IMG/VR virus record: IMGVR_UViG_3300037501_000111
Location: 224,001-288,000 of that record
Source of the DNA: a virus
Taxonomy: Duplodnaviria; Caudoviricetes
Length of the DNA stretch: 64,000 nucleotides
Direction: 5' to 3' (one strand)
In this document: piece after piece, positions 21,639 through 30,902 of the stretch
How the letters are laid out: every line of letters starts with the position of its first letter
Position numbering within the stretch: position 1 is the stretch's first letter
Notes under the pieces: generated by a model
What the model was told of the DNA's origin: nothing
The model's input: the letters and a program-made list of their open reading frames with translations, nothing else
The model's database searches: none
Made by a program: the position numbers and the translations under genes

Positions 21639-21925
21639 TTACCCTATTTCTTGGACTGTAATTTCTGTTGGCAGAAATCCAAAGGTGGCCCGTTTAAAAG
21701 GTATGTCTTTAAAGCCCCCAGCTTTTGGATTTATAATGAGCCGCCAGCCCAGTAGATAATTATTGCAAACATCATATCTACAGTCTTCAGTTTCAAATAT
21801 GATGCCGCTGTAATCTTTACATGAATATTTTTTTCGTATTCCAGATTGGCCGGATAAACAAAAAGATATTTATCCAATCTATATTCCTTAAGAGATGCTA
21901 CACTCTCTTTTTTTGAATCTTCCAT
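21639..21925 (-). pseudogene. Hypothetical protein split by one apparent homopolymer indel
   Basis: Adding one base to the T7 run at 21828-21834 extends MEDSKKE...LEYEK into KYSCKDY...FLPTEITVQEIG-stop, ending just before the next start. Confidence 0.45.
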
Positions 21926-22067
21926 AGACTATTCCACCTATAAACCCAGTTAAGCCAGCCGCGAAACCTAGCCAGCAACCAAATTTTACTCCTGTATATA
22001 GAGCTTGTGCCATCACTAACCCAAAGAACATCCAGGCTAATGATTTACATATTTTACACAGATTCAT
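21888..22067 (-). CDS. Small membrane protein (59 aa)
   Basis: Manual translation MNLCKICKSLAWMFFGLVMAQALYTGVKFGCWLGFAAGLTGFIGGIVYGRFKKRECSIS; ATGA coupling to the upstream gene. Confidence 0.5.
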   Translation of the reverse strand: MNLCKICKSLAWMFFGLVMAQALYTGVKFGCWLGFAAGLTGFIGGIVYGRFKKRECSIS

Positions 22068-22282
22068 TTCTTCCCAAAGAAATACTTATAGTCAACATAA
22101 GAAAAATAACCAAATGGCACCAGTAATGTGGTAAGTACTACCGGCATAATAACTGGTAGACCTGACGCAATTGACCACACGAGACCGCCAAGTAGTGCAA
22201 CATTGGTAAGTGCTGTAGCGGATGCTGTAATGACTTTGATGGTAGTTTTAAAGTCCATAATAACCTCATTTAATGATAACAT
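22064..22282 (-). CDS. Small two-TM membrane protein
   Basis: Two hydrophobic segments and a basic C-terminus; true start may be MDFKTT. Confidence 0.55.
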   Translation of the reverse strand: MLSLNEVIMDFKTTIKVITASATALTNVALLGGLVWSIASGLPVIMPVVLTTLLVPFGYFSYVDYKYFFGKK

Positions 22283-23309
22283 CGTGGGGATGAGATTCTC
22301 TCAATCCAGCGCTGGTTATCCTAATAAATGTCGGATTATCCTTAAGTTCTTCTAAATTATGAGATCCTTGATATGAGCAACCAGACTGTAATCCTTCAAT
22401 AAGTTTAGTCATTATGTTCTGGAACGTGCCCTTATAGGGAACCAAAGCGGCCACACCTTCAACGTGATTAGTCTTGTGCGTCGAGCTGCCAACATATTCT
22501 TTGTAGATAACCTTATCAATCTCTACACGGCGACCTGGTGCTTCTTCACATCCTGCAAACAGGTTGCCGATCATTACCATATCAGCAAAGCATAAAGCTT
22601 TTACAATATCACCAGCACTCTTAATGCCACCATCGGAGATGAAGCGAAATTGTCGTTTCTTTTCATTAGGATAACGCTTAGTGCGCTCTAATTCATTTAA
22701 CTGTCGTTGTACTTCTGCTACGTCTGAAAGGGCCGTAAACTGTGGAACACCATTACCAGTCTCTATTCTAGTAGTACATAAACTACCTGGACCTACACCC
22801 ACTTTTACTACATCTGCACCGGCTTCCCATAATCTGCGGGCACCTTCCCCTGTAGCTACATTACCGGAAATAACAAACATGTCTGGATACGTGTTCTTAA
22901 TCCAATTAGTCATTTCAACACACATCTTAGAGTCTCCGTGTGCTACATCAATGCAGACTATCCGAATACCAGCATTTCTAAAATGAGCAACCATTTCCTT
23001 ATCAGATAACTTTACACCAACAGATACAGCGAAGTTTTCATTACCATGATTATCCACCATATAGTTAGCTAATCGTAGTTGTTCTTTATCTTCCATGAAA
23101 CGGTGTAAAATAGCTAGGCCACCACTTTTGATAATCTTGACAGCCATTTCTTCACCGATAACCGTTTTCATGTTGGCTGGAATAATTGGATGCGCAAAAT
23201 GTAAACATCCCCATTTCACCGAAACATCTACGTCTTTTGAGCGACTCTCTACGTCGGAATGTTGGGGAACTAAAAGCACATCGTCAAATGTCAGACCTTC
23301 ACGAATCAT
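22266..23309 (-). CDS. guaB: IMP dehydrogenase / GMP reductase family protein (no CBS domains)
   Basis: GLTFDDVLLVP, ANMKTV, IDVAHGDS, GNVATGEGA, KVGVGPGSLCTTR (catalytic Cys), SDGGIKSAGDIVKAL, ESHPHDV. IMPDH versus GMPR is not resolved. Confidence 0.85.
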   Translation of the reverse strand: MIREGLTFDDVLLVPQHSDVESRSKDVDVSVKWGCLHFAHPIIPANMKTVIGEEMAVKIIKSGGLAILHRFMEDKEQLRLANYMVDNHGNENFAVSVGVKLSDKEMVAHFRNAGIRIVCIDVAHGDSKMCVEMTNWIKNTYPDMFVISGNVATGEGARRLWEAGADVVKVGVGPGSLCTTRIETGNGVPQFTALSDVAEVQRQLNELERTKRYPNEKKRQFRFISDGGIKSAGDIVKALCFADMVMIGNLFAGCEEAPGRRVEIDKVIYKEYVGSSTHKTNHVEGVAALVPYKGTFQNIMTKLIEGLQSGCSYQGSHNLEELKDNPTFIRITSAGLRESHPHDVIIK

Positions 23310-23397
23310 GGGTTACCTCCAATAAGAAGCCAGAAGCGATATAACGTTCGCCATAATAATGCATATTAGACGAGACTAATTTAACTGAAACAGGGAT

Positions 23398-23425
23398 AAG
23401 ATAATGATTTAATTATCTTTGTCAA
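23398..23425 (-). promoter_or_regulatory. Sigma70-like promoter for the guaB-thyX-folA operon
   Basis: Minus strand TTGACA-16 nt-TATCTT in a divergent intergenic region. Confidence 0.5.
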
Positions 23426-23464
23426 GTCCGCAGTAAAGAAAATCATTAGTAAGTCAGGAGTTTT

Positions 23465-24391
23465 ATGAGCCTAGATATTTTCAAATTGATTCAGGATTTG
23501 ATCAATAGCCTATTTGGCTCAAAACCAAAGGGAGATTCGTCGATGCCAGACCCAGTAGACAACTCATCAACACCAGCCGAAACACCAGCCGAGACTCAAC
23601 CCGAGATAAATCCAGATTCCGGACCAGCGCCTACTACGAGTTCAATCCCGGATCGCAACCCTTATTCAGTCACAGGTTCAGAGTTTGTCCAAGCAAATTT
23701 AAATTTAGTTGGTGCTGCTCGTGAAGCTAATATTTTAAAGGAGTTTCAAGAAGGCAATATCCCTGACTTCTTAAGAAACTTTGTAGAAATAACAGTTTCC
23801 GATGGTTCTAATACTATTGTCTATAAAGTAATGGCAGATTACCTTTGTATTGGAAGTGATGAGGATTATGTCAGAGTACCAATGAATCCTCACACAGCAC
23901 AATCTATTGCCGACCAATATGATTGTACTTTAATTACTAGAAAAATGGTCAATGATATTTGGAAACAGTCAATAAATAAATTATCACCAAAACCATGGGG
24001 CCCACCATATAACTCTGATATGGAAAAAACGCACCGAATTGGTACGCACAGCAATACTATTCAAAAACAATTAATTGCTAATGGACAAAATCCATTTGCA
24101 CTTACATCCGGTCATAAGAAAGATGTTGTTTTAACAAACAAGTTAGCGCCGAATAACCCTGCTAAAAGAGTTGCGATATATGGTTGGATACAACCTAACG
24201 GGCAACCAATTCAGGGTTTAAACCCAACTAGTCACGATGATAAATATGCTGACTATAGTCATGGTATTAGATTGGCCGACAATATTTCTGTTGTTAATGG
24301 CCAATCAATGAGAATGAGAGATGTATTCAAACATCCTGTTTATTCTAAACTAGTCAGTGATGAAGGTCCCCTTAATTTCTTGAGCTACTAA
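23465..24391 (+). CDS. Conserved hypothetical protein with a GW-x3-NG-PIQ...HxxxYADYSHGIRL motif
   Basis: AGGAG RBS; motif family recalled from Myxococcota and Bacteroidota proteins, function unknown. Confidence 0.6.
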   Translation: MSLDIFKLIQDLINSLFGSKPKGDSSMPDPVDNSSTPAETPAETQPEINPDSGPAPTTSSIPDRNPYSVTGSEFVQANLNLVGAAREANILKEFQEGNIPDFLRNFVEITVSDGSNTIVYKVMADYLCIGSDEDYVRVPMNPHTAQSIADQYDCTLITRKMVNDIWKQSINKLSPKPWGPPYNSDMEKTHRIGTHSNTIQKQLIANGQNPFALTSGHKKDVVLTNKLAPNNPAKRVAIYGWIQPNGQPIQGLNPTSHDDKYADYSHGIRLADNISVVNGQSMRMRDVFKHPVYSKLVSDEGPLNFLSY

Positions 24392-24393
24392 CA

Positions 24394-25770
24394 ATGAGCT
24401 TTGAACAAGATTTTGCTAAGACACCAGCAGGCCCACAGAGAGAAAGATTAGTATACCAAGCAGTAGTCAGCCAGGGTAAACCTACTGATCTATGGCCAGT
24501 TACTGTTAATGGACCTCAGGGCACCAAAATTACGTTCTATATTACAAGAGACTTTTTAAAAGTAGGTAATCAGTATTTACCAATGACTGGCACTACTGCC
24601 CAAATGATCGCTAACAAATTTAACATGTCTCTGCCAACTAATACTATTGCTGATCATGTCTGGTCAGCCGCGCAGGCCGCAGGTTCTGTTGTTAAGGTAG
24701 ATCCTTTGAGTGGTACTGGCTATCGTGGGGAGGGTGGCCAGTGGTATTCTGGCACTGATGTATCCAATAAACGTATTGGTACTACAGATGCCGCTGTAGA
24801 GTTTAGCAATCGAGTTAATCAACAAATAGCACAGAATCCTAATTCCCAAAAAGGTCTTGTGGATATTGGAAGTGGTGGTAAGTGGTTAACGGTTCCACCA
24901 GCTAGTGGCAGTCTTGGTTTACATGGGATTAGACAGCCTGGCGGAATGTTACAAAGTGGCTATGGAACTAAACATCCAAATTATGAAGATCATGTAGAGT
25001 ATGGAACTTATGTTCGTTTAGTTGACAACCGTGTTGATGTACAATATCCTGATGGACGAAAAGAGACGATGTCCATGGACAAGTTTATCAAAAGCCCCTA
25101 TCGCTCCGCATTGTTTATGGAAGGCCAAGATATTCGTGATGGTGGCTTGGCCCAGTACGATGTAAAAAGAGACAGGGCGGGCCTAGCTCGTTTAGATCTT
25201 AAAATACCAACCAAAGACTCGAATGTCCCAGGCTTAGAGCAAATAGATCAATTCCTGGATCAGGCGCTTACTCAGGTGGCTAGTAGAATGAAAGTCTATA
25301 CAGAAATCATGAAGCAAGCTTCTAAAATACAAATTCTACCAAGTATCGGCAAAGACCCCGCAATCAAAGACCTGAGCAAAAACAGTATCCCTGGTCGTCC
25401 TCCAGCAGGTTATAGGCCACTGAAACGTGGCGAGGGTGGTAAAGAGATTGGTCCTATTGCTATGAAAATACTAAATTCATCTGAGCTGGGAGATCAGACT
25501 CCATTCACTATTGATGGTGAATCTTATATGGGTCGTACCGAGCCACATTATCACCCGTCACCTCCTAGTGGAGCTGATCCTACTAAATATCCAAAACCCT
25601 GGGGATGGCATAAGGGTGTAACGGTTTTCAAAGAGATAGAAGGCGGATCTTCCGCGCAAACTTCTAATGTTCAAAGTAGGATGAAATTGCTGCAAAGAGT
25701 ACAAAATACTCCTGCGGAAAGCGAAAGCACTATCGAAAAATTACTCTCAGAAATTGAAAGAGATGTTTAA
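24394..25770 (+). CDS. Divergent paralogue of 23465..24391 with an extra C-terminal domain
   Basis: Collinear blocks RE, D(Y/F)Lx(I/V)G, PM..xTAQxIA, H..Y.D...YG..VRLV; C-terminal EPHYHP...PWGWHKGVTVF domain. Confidence 0.6.
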   Translation: MSFEQDFAKTPAGPQRERLVYQAVVSQGKPTDLWPVTVNGPQGTKITFYITRDFLKVGNQYLPMTGTTAQMIANKFNMSLPTNTIADHVWSAAQAAGSVVKVDPLSGTGYRGEGGQWYSGTDVSNKRIGTTDAAVEFSNRVNQQIAQNPNSQKGLVDIGSGGKWLTVPPASGSLGLHGIRQPGGMLQSGYGTKHPNYEDHVEYGTYVRLVDNRVDVQYPDGRKETMSMDKFIKSPYRSALFMEGQDIRDGGLAQYDVKRDRAGLARLDLKIPTKDSNVPGLEQIDQFLDQALTQVASRMKVYTEIMKQASKIQILPSIGKDPAIKDLSKNSIPGRPPAGYRPLKRGEGGKEIGPIAMKILNSSELGDQTPFTIDGESYMGRTEPHYHPSPPSGADPTKYPKPWGWHKGVTVFKEIEGGSSAQTSNVQSRMKLLQRVQNTPAESESTIEKLLSEIERDV

Positions 25771-25988
25771 GCGCCTTTGATACGGTATACGATACGCCCT
25801 CTACTTAGGTCATATTCAGAGACTTCAATTTTCACTCTATCTCCTAATAGGATGCGAACTGAATTTGTTCTGATCTTACCAGATAAAGTACAAAGAACCG
25901 TGTAATTATCACTTACTTGAACTTTAAACTGTCCCTTATTGGCATCAACAACTTCGCCTTCAAACTCTAATCTATCACGATCGTGCAA
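25767..25988 (-). CDS. infA: Translation initiation factor IF-1
   Basis: LEFEGEVVD...FKVQV...VLCTLSGKIRTNSVRILLGDRVKIEVSEYDLSRGRIVYR; a TTG start at 25988 after AAAGG gives 73 aa, the typical IF-1 length. Confidence 0.92.
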   Translation of the reverse strand: MHDRDRLEFEGEVVDANKGQFKVQVSDNYTVLCTLSGKIRTNSVRILLGDRVKIEVSEYDLSRGRIVYRIKGA

Positions 25989-26001
25989 TTTAGTGTACCT
26001 T

Positions 26002-26226
26002 TCATAAAAATACCTTATTGTCAAGGGCTTTACGTAAATCTTTCAAACTGTCAAAAGTGTGTCCCATTACTTTAAATTGTATGGATTCTAATTCGGGTGT
26101 TTGATTATTTCTGTTAGTATAAACAAGTTCAACAAAAATACCATACTCTAACGACATTTCTTGTGCTTTTTCTCTCCAATTTTGAAAATCTTTGGAGGAT
26201 AAGTGTATGTGTTTTGGTATATTCAT
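26002..26226 (-). CDS. Hypothetical protein ending ...RKALDNKVFL
   Basis: Start MNIPKH by ATGA coupling to 26223..26873. Confidence 0.65.
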   Translation of the reverse strand: MNIPKHIHLSSKDFQNWREKAQEMSLEYGIFVELVYTNRNNQTPELESIQFKVMGHTFDSLKDLRKALDNKVFL

Positions 26227-26873
26227 AACTTTATAATGTCCGATAGTATTTCGGATTGTTTGTTTAGTTTTGACATAAATGCTGTACTTGCGGGCAAATA
26301 AGATAGCCATGCCTCGGCCGAAATGCAAGGAATTGCGGAATTTTCTTTCTTTCCCAACTGCTGAAAATATTTCACGTCTAAATGATTTGCTATGGTTTTT
26401 AAACTATGTAAACCCATTGTAAGTGGCGAAACTTGTTGCCATTCTTCATACCAGTATAAGTATGAGCGCAGATGCTCATCGATACCAAGGAAATTCACAA
26501 GGCAACAATCTTGGTAAAGATCCTCATCCTTTCCATGAATGAGATGTACCATCTTACTCATCTTTGCAATCTTGTCAAGGGCCAACCCATAATATAAATC
26601 AGTACTAATAATTTTCTTTCTATCCAGGCGGAGATCATTGTGTATGATTTCTAGTCGTTTGTATTTGTTTATTATGAGTGAGTTGCCAAACTCATCAAAC
26701 CACCATTTGTACAACACTATCTTTTCGGTTCGCTCATCAAAAATGTAATCGTAAGGTTTTAAACGACATGACTTAATAATAAACTCCAACTCTGGAACTT
26801 CAGCAAATGAAGTTGCTAGTTTTATATGTTTATCTATTTTGGCATGTAACCATTCGATACTTGGACTTCTCAT
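26223..26873 (-). CDS. Hypothetical protein
   Basis: 216 aa ORF coupled by overlaps at both ends. Confidence 0.7.
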   Translation of the reverse strand: MRSPSIEWLHAKIDKHIKLATSFAEVPELEFIIKSCRLKPYDYIFDERTEKIVLYKWWFDEFGNSLIINKYKRLEIIHNDLRLDRKKIISTDLYYGLALDKIAKMSKMVHLIHGKDEDLYQDCCLVNFLGIDEHLRSYLYWYEEWQQVSPLTMGLHSLKTIANHLDVKYFQQLGKKENSAIPCISAEAWLSYLPASTAFMSKLNKQSEILSDIIKL

Positions 26874-27541
26874 TCTTGGTCTAGTAATAACGCTGGATCT
26901 AATCCTTCATCTGCATCTGGGGCAACGAAAGAATGTATATGTGTTTTAACGAATGGCAAATAATCAATCTTCTTTTCATCTATTAAATTACGATAAAGTA
27001 GGTATGTATTCCTACTATCTACCTTGGCATTGTGGGCCTCAGAAATCTTCTTGATACCAACCATATCACAACAGGCATGAAGTTTTGTACTAACTTTACC
27101 AGTTGCTGTTTTGACGATGTTTAGTTGTGATGTATCATTTTCATCAATAAACTTCTTGGTTAATTGGATGGTGTCCAACCATAAATGAGCTGGGAACTCT
27201 TTACCAGCAGTCTCCCACATGGCATGTAAAAACTTCCTATCAAATGGTGCATTGTGAGCAATAATGCAACGATGTGCTGGAGTCAATCCGTCTTCGGCAA
27301 AAAACTTTTCACATTCAGCCACCACCGCATCGCGATCAAAACCTCGTTCTAAATCAGCCATCGTTTTCTTAGTAATAGCCAAAGCATCAAAATTAGCACG
27401 CTCGGGATATACGCACTTAATTTGTCGCCAAAGTTGGACTCTGTCGGTAACACGGATGATACCAATTTCAGTTATCTCATGATAACCACTTTTTAAACCT
27501 GTTGTTTCTGTGTCAATTACGTAATAGTTTAATCCGGACAT
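26870..27541 (-). CDS. DEDDh 3'-5' exonuclease (DnaQ/epsilon-like)
   Basis: VIDTETTGL, EITEIG, IAHNAPFDRKFL, HNAKVD motifs. Confidence 0.9.
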   Translation of the reverse strand: MSGLNYYVIDTETTGLKSGYHEITEIGIIRVTDRVQLWRQIKCVYPERANFDALAITKKTMADLERGFDRDAVVAECEKFFAEDGLTPAHRCIIAHNAPFDRKFLHAMWETAGKEFPAHLWLDTIQLTKKFIDENDTSQLNIVKTATGKVSTKLHACCDMVGIKKISEAHNAKVDSRNTYLLYRNLIDEKKIDYLPFVKTHIHSFVAPDADEGLDPALLLDQE

Positions 27542-27551
27542 TCTTCCTCAC

Positions 27552-27866
27552 TTACCAAAAAGCTTTATTTCTCATGTAACATTCAAACTCTTGTTGAGTT
27601 TCTACAAATAATTTTGTACCATCAATCCACCACTCCATAGTCCCATCATGTTTTATAACTGCAGGGCCATCTTTATTATGGATTTGCCACCTGTCAAATA
27701 AGCGTGTGGCAGTTCGGTTCTCTTCCTTTATATATACAGTAACATAGTCTTCCCAATCAGGGCCTAATAAAACGGGCATCAAGCCCCTAAGAACACTACC
27801 TAGCCTTAAATCTAGACTTTTATCGTATATATCAATTTCCCCGGCGTGAATATGAACCCTATTCAT
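27552..27866 (-). CDS. HxxDGPA-repeat hypothetical protein ending ...MRNKAFW
   Basis: IHNKDGPAVIKHDGTMEWWIDG resembles the LHRxDGPA repeat of large viruses. Confidence 0.6.
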   Translation of the reverse strand: MNRVHIHAGEIDIYDKSLDLRLGSVLRGLMPVLLGPDWEDYVTVYIKEENRTATRLFDRWQIHNKDGPAVIKHDGTMEWWIDGTKLFVETQQEFECYMRNKAFW

Positions 27867-28360
27867 CTTTTGTGAATTAAAGTAGGTTGCAATATATATA
27901 ATGGAAACATGTTTTTCTTCTTATATTCTTCTTGCAGTGATGCATCAAGATATTGATATCCACTGATCAGCTTCCTGCATTTAAAAGAACCACATTTACA
28001 CTCCATTTTCCATGAATCATGAGTATCAGTAGATGTAGTAGAATAATCAAAAGTAAGTTCTGCGCCGACTGGTATTACATACAACGAGTACAGGAAAGCT
28101 CTATTACCTACAACATGCATTCTGCAATTGGGATCACAAGAATGATTCAAATATTCTGGGACACGATTGCCGGATGGACCGATAAAAGTATTGGGGCCCA
28201 CTTGTAAATAAACATCAAAATCTGCGGTTGACGGAACTTCTCTATCTAATACAATTGGCCCAGTTACTTCTACAACTAATGAGTTTGCAGGAATGGTAAC
28301 TTTAGAAAAAGTACCTTTACCTATTCTAGATTCGCGAACTTCTAAATATTGTGAATACAT
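27863..28360 (-). CDS. SET-domain methyltransferase with post-SET Cys cluster
   Basis: SRIGKGTF, YLNHSCDPNC, ELTFDY, CKCGSFKCR. Confidence 0.9.
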   Translation of the reverse strand: MYSQYLEVRESRIGKGTFSKVTIPANSLVVEVTGPIVLDREVPSTADFDVYLQVGPNTFIGPSGNRVPEYLNHSCDPNCRMHVVGNRAFLYSLYVIPVGAELTFDYSTTSTDTHDSWKMECKCGSFKCRKLISGYQYLDASLQEEYKKKNMFPLYILQPTLIHKR

Positions 28361-28708
28361 TCATCTACCTAACAGGTGTTTCATCCATCTTAGCATAGTA
28401 GTTCCAGCATCATAAACACTGAGTTTTGAGTCTTTTCTTCCGACTAACCTATGTTGTACAGATCTTGGAGAAGCACCTTTGATTAGCTCGGCAGCTTCCT
28501 CTGGAGTCTCTGCTAATACACGGAAAGTTAGGGTGGCTGGTATCATACACTCTACCTTAACATCGTAGTAATGTTTCTCTTTAATAGGAGGACTTTTAGT
28601 ATGAGCTAAAGGCTTCTTAGCCTGTTTAACTACCGGATTAGTTTCAGGTACAATTTGTTTAATGATTTCGTCCACTAATTGTGGATCTTTTTTGTTATTA
28701 TCAGTCAT
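28361..28708 (-). CDS. Hypothetical protein
   Basis: 115 aa ORF directly upstream of the SET gene in the operon. Confidence 0.65.
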   Translation of the reverse strand: MTDNNKKDPQLVDEIIKQIVPETNPVVKQAKKPLAHTKSPPIKEKHYYDVKVECMIPATLTFRVLAETPEEAAELIKGASPRSVQHRLVGRKDSKLSVYDAGTTMLRWMKHLLGR

Positions 28709-28721
28709 ACTATTATCTATA

Positions 28722-29495
28722 TCAAAGAACGTCCCTGTTCCTTAAATAATGTTCATAATTAGAAGGATCAACCCCAATCAGCTCATAAAAGCGCTGCATA
28801 AACATATCCTTAGCTTTTTGTTGATCCCAAGCTTCGATAACAAATGGCAGTGGTGCAACTCTTTGTAGCCAATCTTTATGCAAAGGTGCCATTAAATCTC
28901 TTGCTTCCGTAGCTAGAAGTTTAGCATCTGCTTTCTTGACCGAAGGTGGCTCGTCATACGGTAAACCAAAACGTTTACAAATAGCAGTCTGCATTAGAGA
29001 CTCCAACCTAAGATATTCTTCAAAGAAGCCAGATCGTTTCAGAGGGCGAGGGACATCAGTTAAATATGCCTCTGAGGCATCATGCAATAACCCCCACAAA
29101 GCATCTTCTTCATTACAAATATAGCTAACATAAACGCTGTGTTGCGCAACTGAATAGAATTTCTTGATATGCCCAGTGAACCTGCACTGCATAGATAGTG
29201 AATGCGCAATATCTTGAATAACAATGGCATTTGGATTAGGATTAGTTGGACAAAAACGCCTTCCAGAGTATGTTTGAATCCAAGCTGAATCCGGATCATA
29301 TCCAGCAGTTACCCCAGTTCCATTATGAAATATATTAACACTAGGAACTATTACCTCATCATGAAATTTATTAGCAGCAGTAATTGTCTCCTCAACAGTA
29401 GCAGGGCCAACTCTATCTACAAGCTGTTCATAAAATGAATTGGCAGCCCCTATCTGGTCTTCTGTTGCAAGAGGCGGGAATTTAGCATTCTGCAT
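28722..29495 (-). CDS. HD-domain 5'-deoxynucleotidase (YfbR-like phage family)
   Basis: WIQTYSG, DIAHSLSMQCRFTGH, YSVAQHSV, LLHDASEAY, DAKLLATEARDL. Start moved to MQNAKF because the longer ORF overlaps the dUTPase C-terminus. Confidence 0.85.
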   Translation of the reverse strand: MQNAKFPPLATEDQIGAANSFYEQLVDRVGPATVEETITAANKFHDEVIVPSVNIFHNGTGVTAGYDPDSAWIQTYSGRRFCPTNPNPNAIVIQDIAHSLSMQCRFTGHIKKFYSVAQHSVYVSYICNEEDALWGLLHDASEAYLTDVPRPLKRSGFFEEYLRLESLMQTAICKRFGLPYDEPPSVKKADAKLLATEARDLMAPLHKDWLQRVAPLPFVIEAWDQQKAKDMFMQRFYELIGVDPSNYEHYLRNRDVL

Positions 29496-29571
29496 CGAGG
29501 AGGGATCAATAACGTAATTGGGTATACCACTACCCAATAATGTGGTATCAAAGGGATCTATCCTTGGACTA

Positions 29572-30120
29572 TTACTTACTGGTGGAACCGAAGCCGCCGG
29601 CACCTCTGCTGGCACTTCTTTCTTTACAGAGCTTTTCGTATTCTTCATTGCTTACTCTTTCTACTATCATCTCTTGTCTTTTAATAGGTATGATTTGCCC
29701 AATAGCCTCGCCCTCTTGAATTATAAGGTCTTCGGCAACATACTTAGTAATTACACCGTTAATCTTGTAACCAGATCCATAGGGCTCATCTAATTCTGCT
29801 TCAATTCTCAGAGGAGGAATATATTGACATGCAAAGATACATTGACCTTCGTAGTCTTCGTCTATAACACCATGCAGTGCATGCAGGTTCTTTTTTGCAA
29901 AGGATGATGAGCGAGGTCTTAATTCCATCCACCAGCCTAGCGGACAAAACAATCGAAATCCTAATGGTATTTTAGCGTACTCTCCCGCTCTGATGATTAA
30001 TCTATCTGCAGATCTAACATCCCAGCCAGTAGATTTCTCAGTACCTCTAGTTGGCAAGTATATGTCAGAGAGTCCTTCTTTTATTGCGAATTTGAATTTC
30101 GGAACATTATTTTCTTCCAT
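29572..30120 (-). CDS. dut: Trimeric dUTPase
   Basis: STGWDVRS, RPRSS, GVIDEDYEG, IGQIIP, RGAGGFGST; carries an insertion of about 20 aa. Confidence 0.93.
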   Translation of the reverse strand: MEENNVPKFKFAIKEGLSDIYLPTRGTEKSTGWDVRSADRLIIRAGEYAKIPLGFRLFCPLGWWMELRPRSSSFAKKNLHALHGVIDEDYEGQCIFACQYIPPLRIEAELDEPYGSGYKINGVITKYVAEDLIIQEGEAIGQIIPIKRQEMIVERVSNEEYEKLCKERSASRGAGGFGSTSK

Positions 30121-30142
30121 TTTTCCTCACATACTTTCCTTC

Positions 30143-30170
30143 ATTCTAAGAATCAATCAATTTTCGTCAA
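30143..30170 (-). promoter_or_regulatory. Sigma70-like promoter for the dut operon
   Basis: Minus strand TTGACG-16 nt-TAGAAT upstream of the GAGGA RBS. Confidence 0.55.
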
Positions 30171-30192
30171 GTGAATAAAATCCTATATAATT

Positions 30193-30846
30193 ATGTCGGC
30201 CCTACCTCCAGCAATCTTTTTCATTAATGGCGATATCAACTATCCACCAACTCCTCCATATTTTCCTGGGACAGATCCGAATGCCCCAACAAATACTTAT
30301 ACTATTCTGAAGACCCAATTATTTATAAACGACACGATGACTAAGGAAGAATTTGATGCGAGAGTTGAAGCAGATCCAAATTATCCAACCATCGTTCATT
30401 TGCAGGGTTATCGCATTCTAGTAATTGTTCCAAAGTATAATGATGGCCATAACTACATGAACTTACCAAATCTTCAATATGCTGACGTGGTAATGTTTAT
30501 TCATCAGGGGTTGGCTGATATTGAGAAAAACAATTTCGGGCCGCCTTTCCAAGACTTTGAGATTCAAAGAATTAATATGTATCAACTTTTGAGGGCTAAC
30601 AATTCTCCGAACGTGGTTATCCTGCCTTTTTATACTATGCCGCGCTGCAATACTTGTAAATATCCTTTTTATTGTGACCGATGCCATACTTTTTCTGGAA
30701 TTAGAGCCTGCGGAGGATGTGGCTGTGGCTGCCAATGTGGTTGTACCTGTGGGCTAATCGATAATCAGGGTATTAAACAAAGTATAATCTCCGCCCCAAA
30801 TTGTGACAACGAATATTATAATACAGATTTTATCAATAGAAAGTGA
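30193..30846 (+). CDS. Hypothetical protein with a Cys-rich C-terminal cluster
   Basis: CNTC...CDRC...CGGCGCGCQCGCTCG. Confidence 0.65.
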   Translation: MSALPPAIFFINGDINYPPTPPYFPGTDPNAPTNTYTILKTQLFINDTMTKEEFDARVEADPNYPTIVHLQGYRILVIVPKYNDGHNYMNLPNLQYADVVMFIHQGLADIEKNNFGPPFQDFEIQRINMYQLLRANNSPNVVILPFYTMPRCNTCKYPFYCDRCHTFSGIRACGGCGCGCQCGCTCGLIDNQGIKQSIISAPNCDNEYYNTDFINRK

Positions 30847-30902
30847 TTTTCACGGGGCATAATGGTGTATAATAAGTAGTATTTGCGGAAAAGGAACCCA
30901 GA

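Noticed and set aside
18698-25508. CCATTCAC cores near 18698 and 25501
   Set aside because: Both lie inside coding sequence as Pro-Phe-Thr codons and lack the full 11-mer, so they are probably chance matches.
29496-29648. N-terminal extension of the HD nucleotidase
   Set aside because: It overlaps the conserved RGAGGFGST end of dUTPase in another frame, so a downstream start is more plausible.
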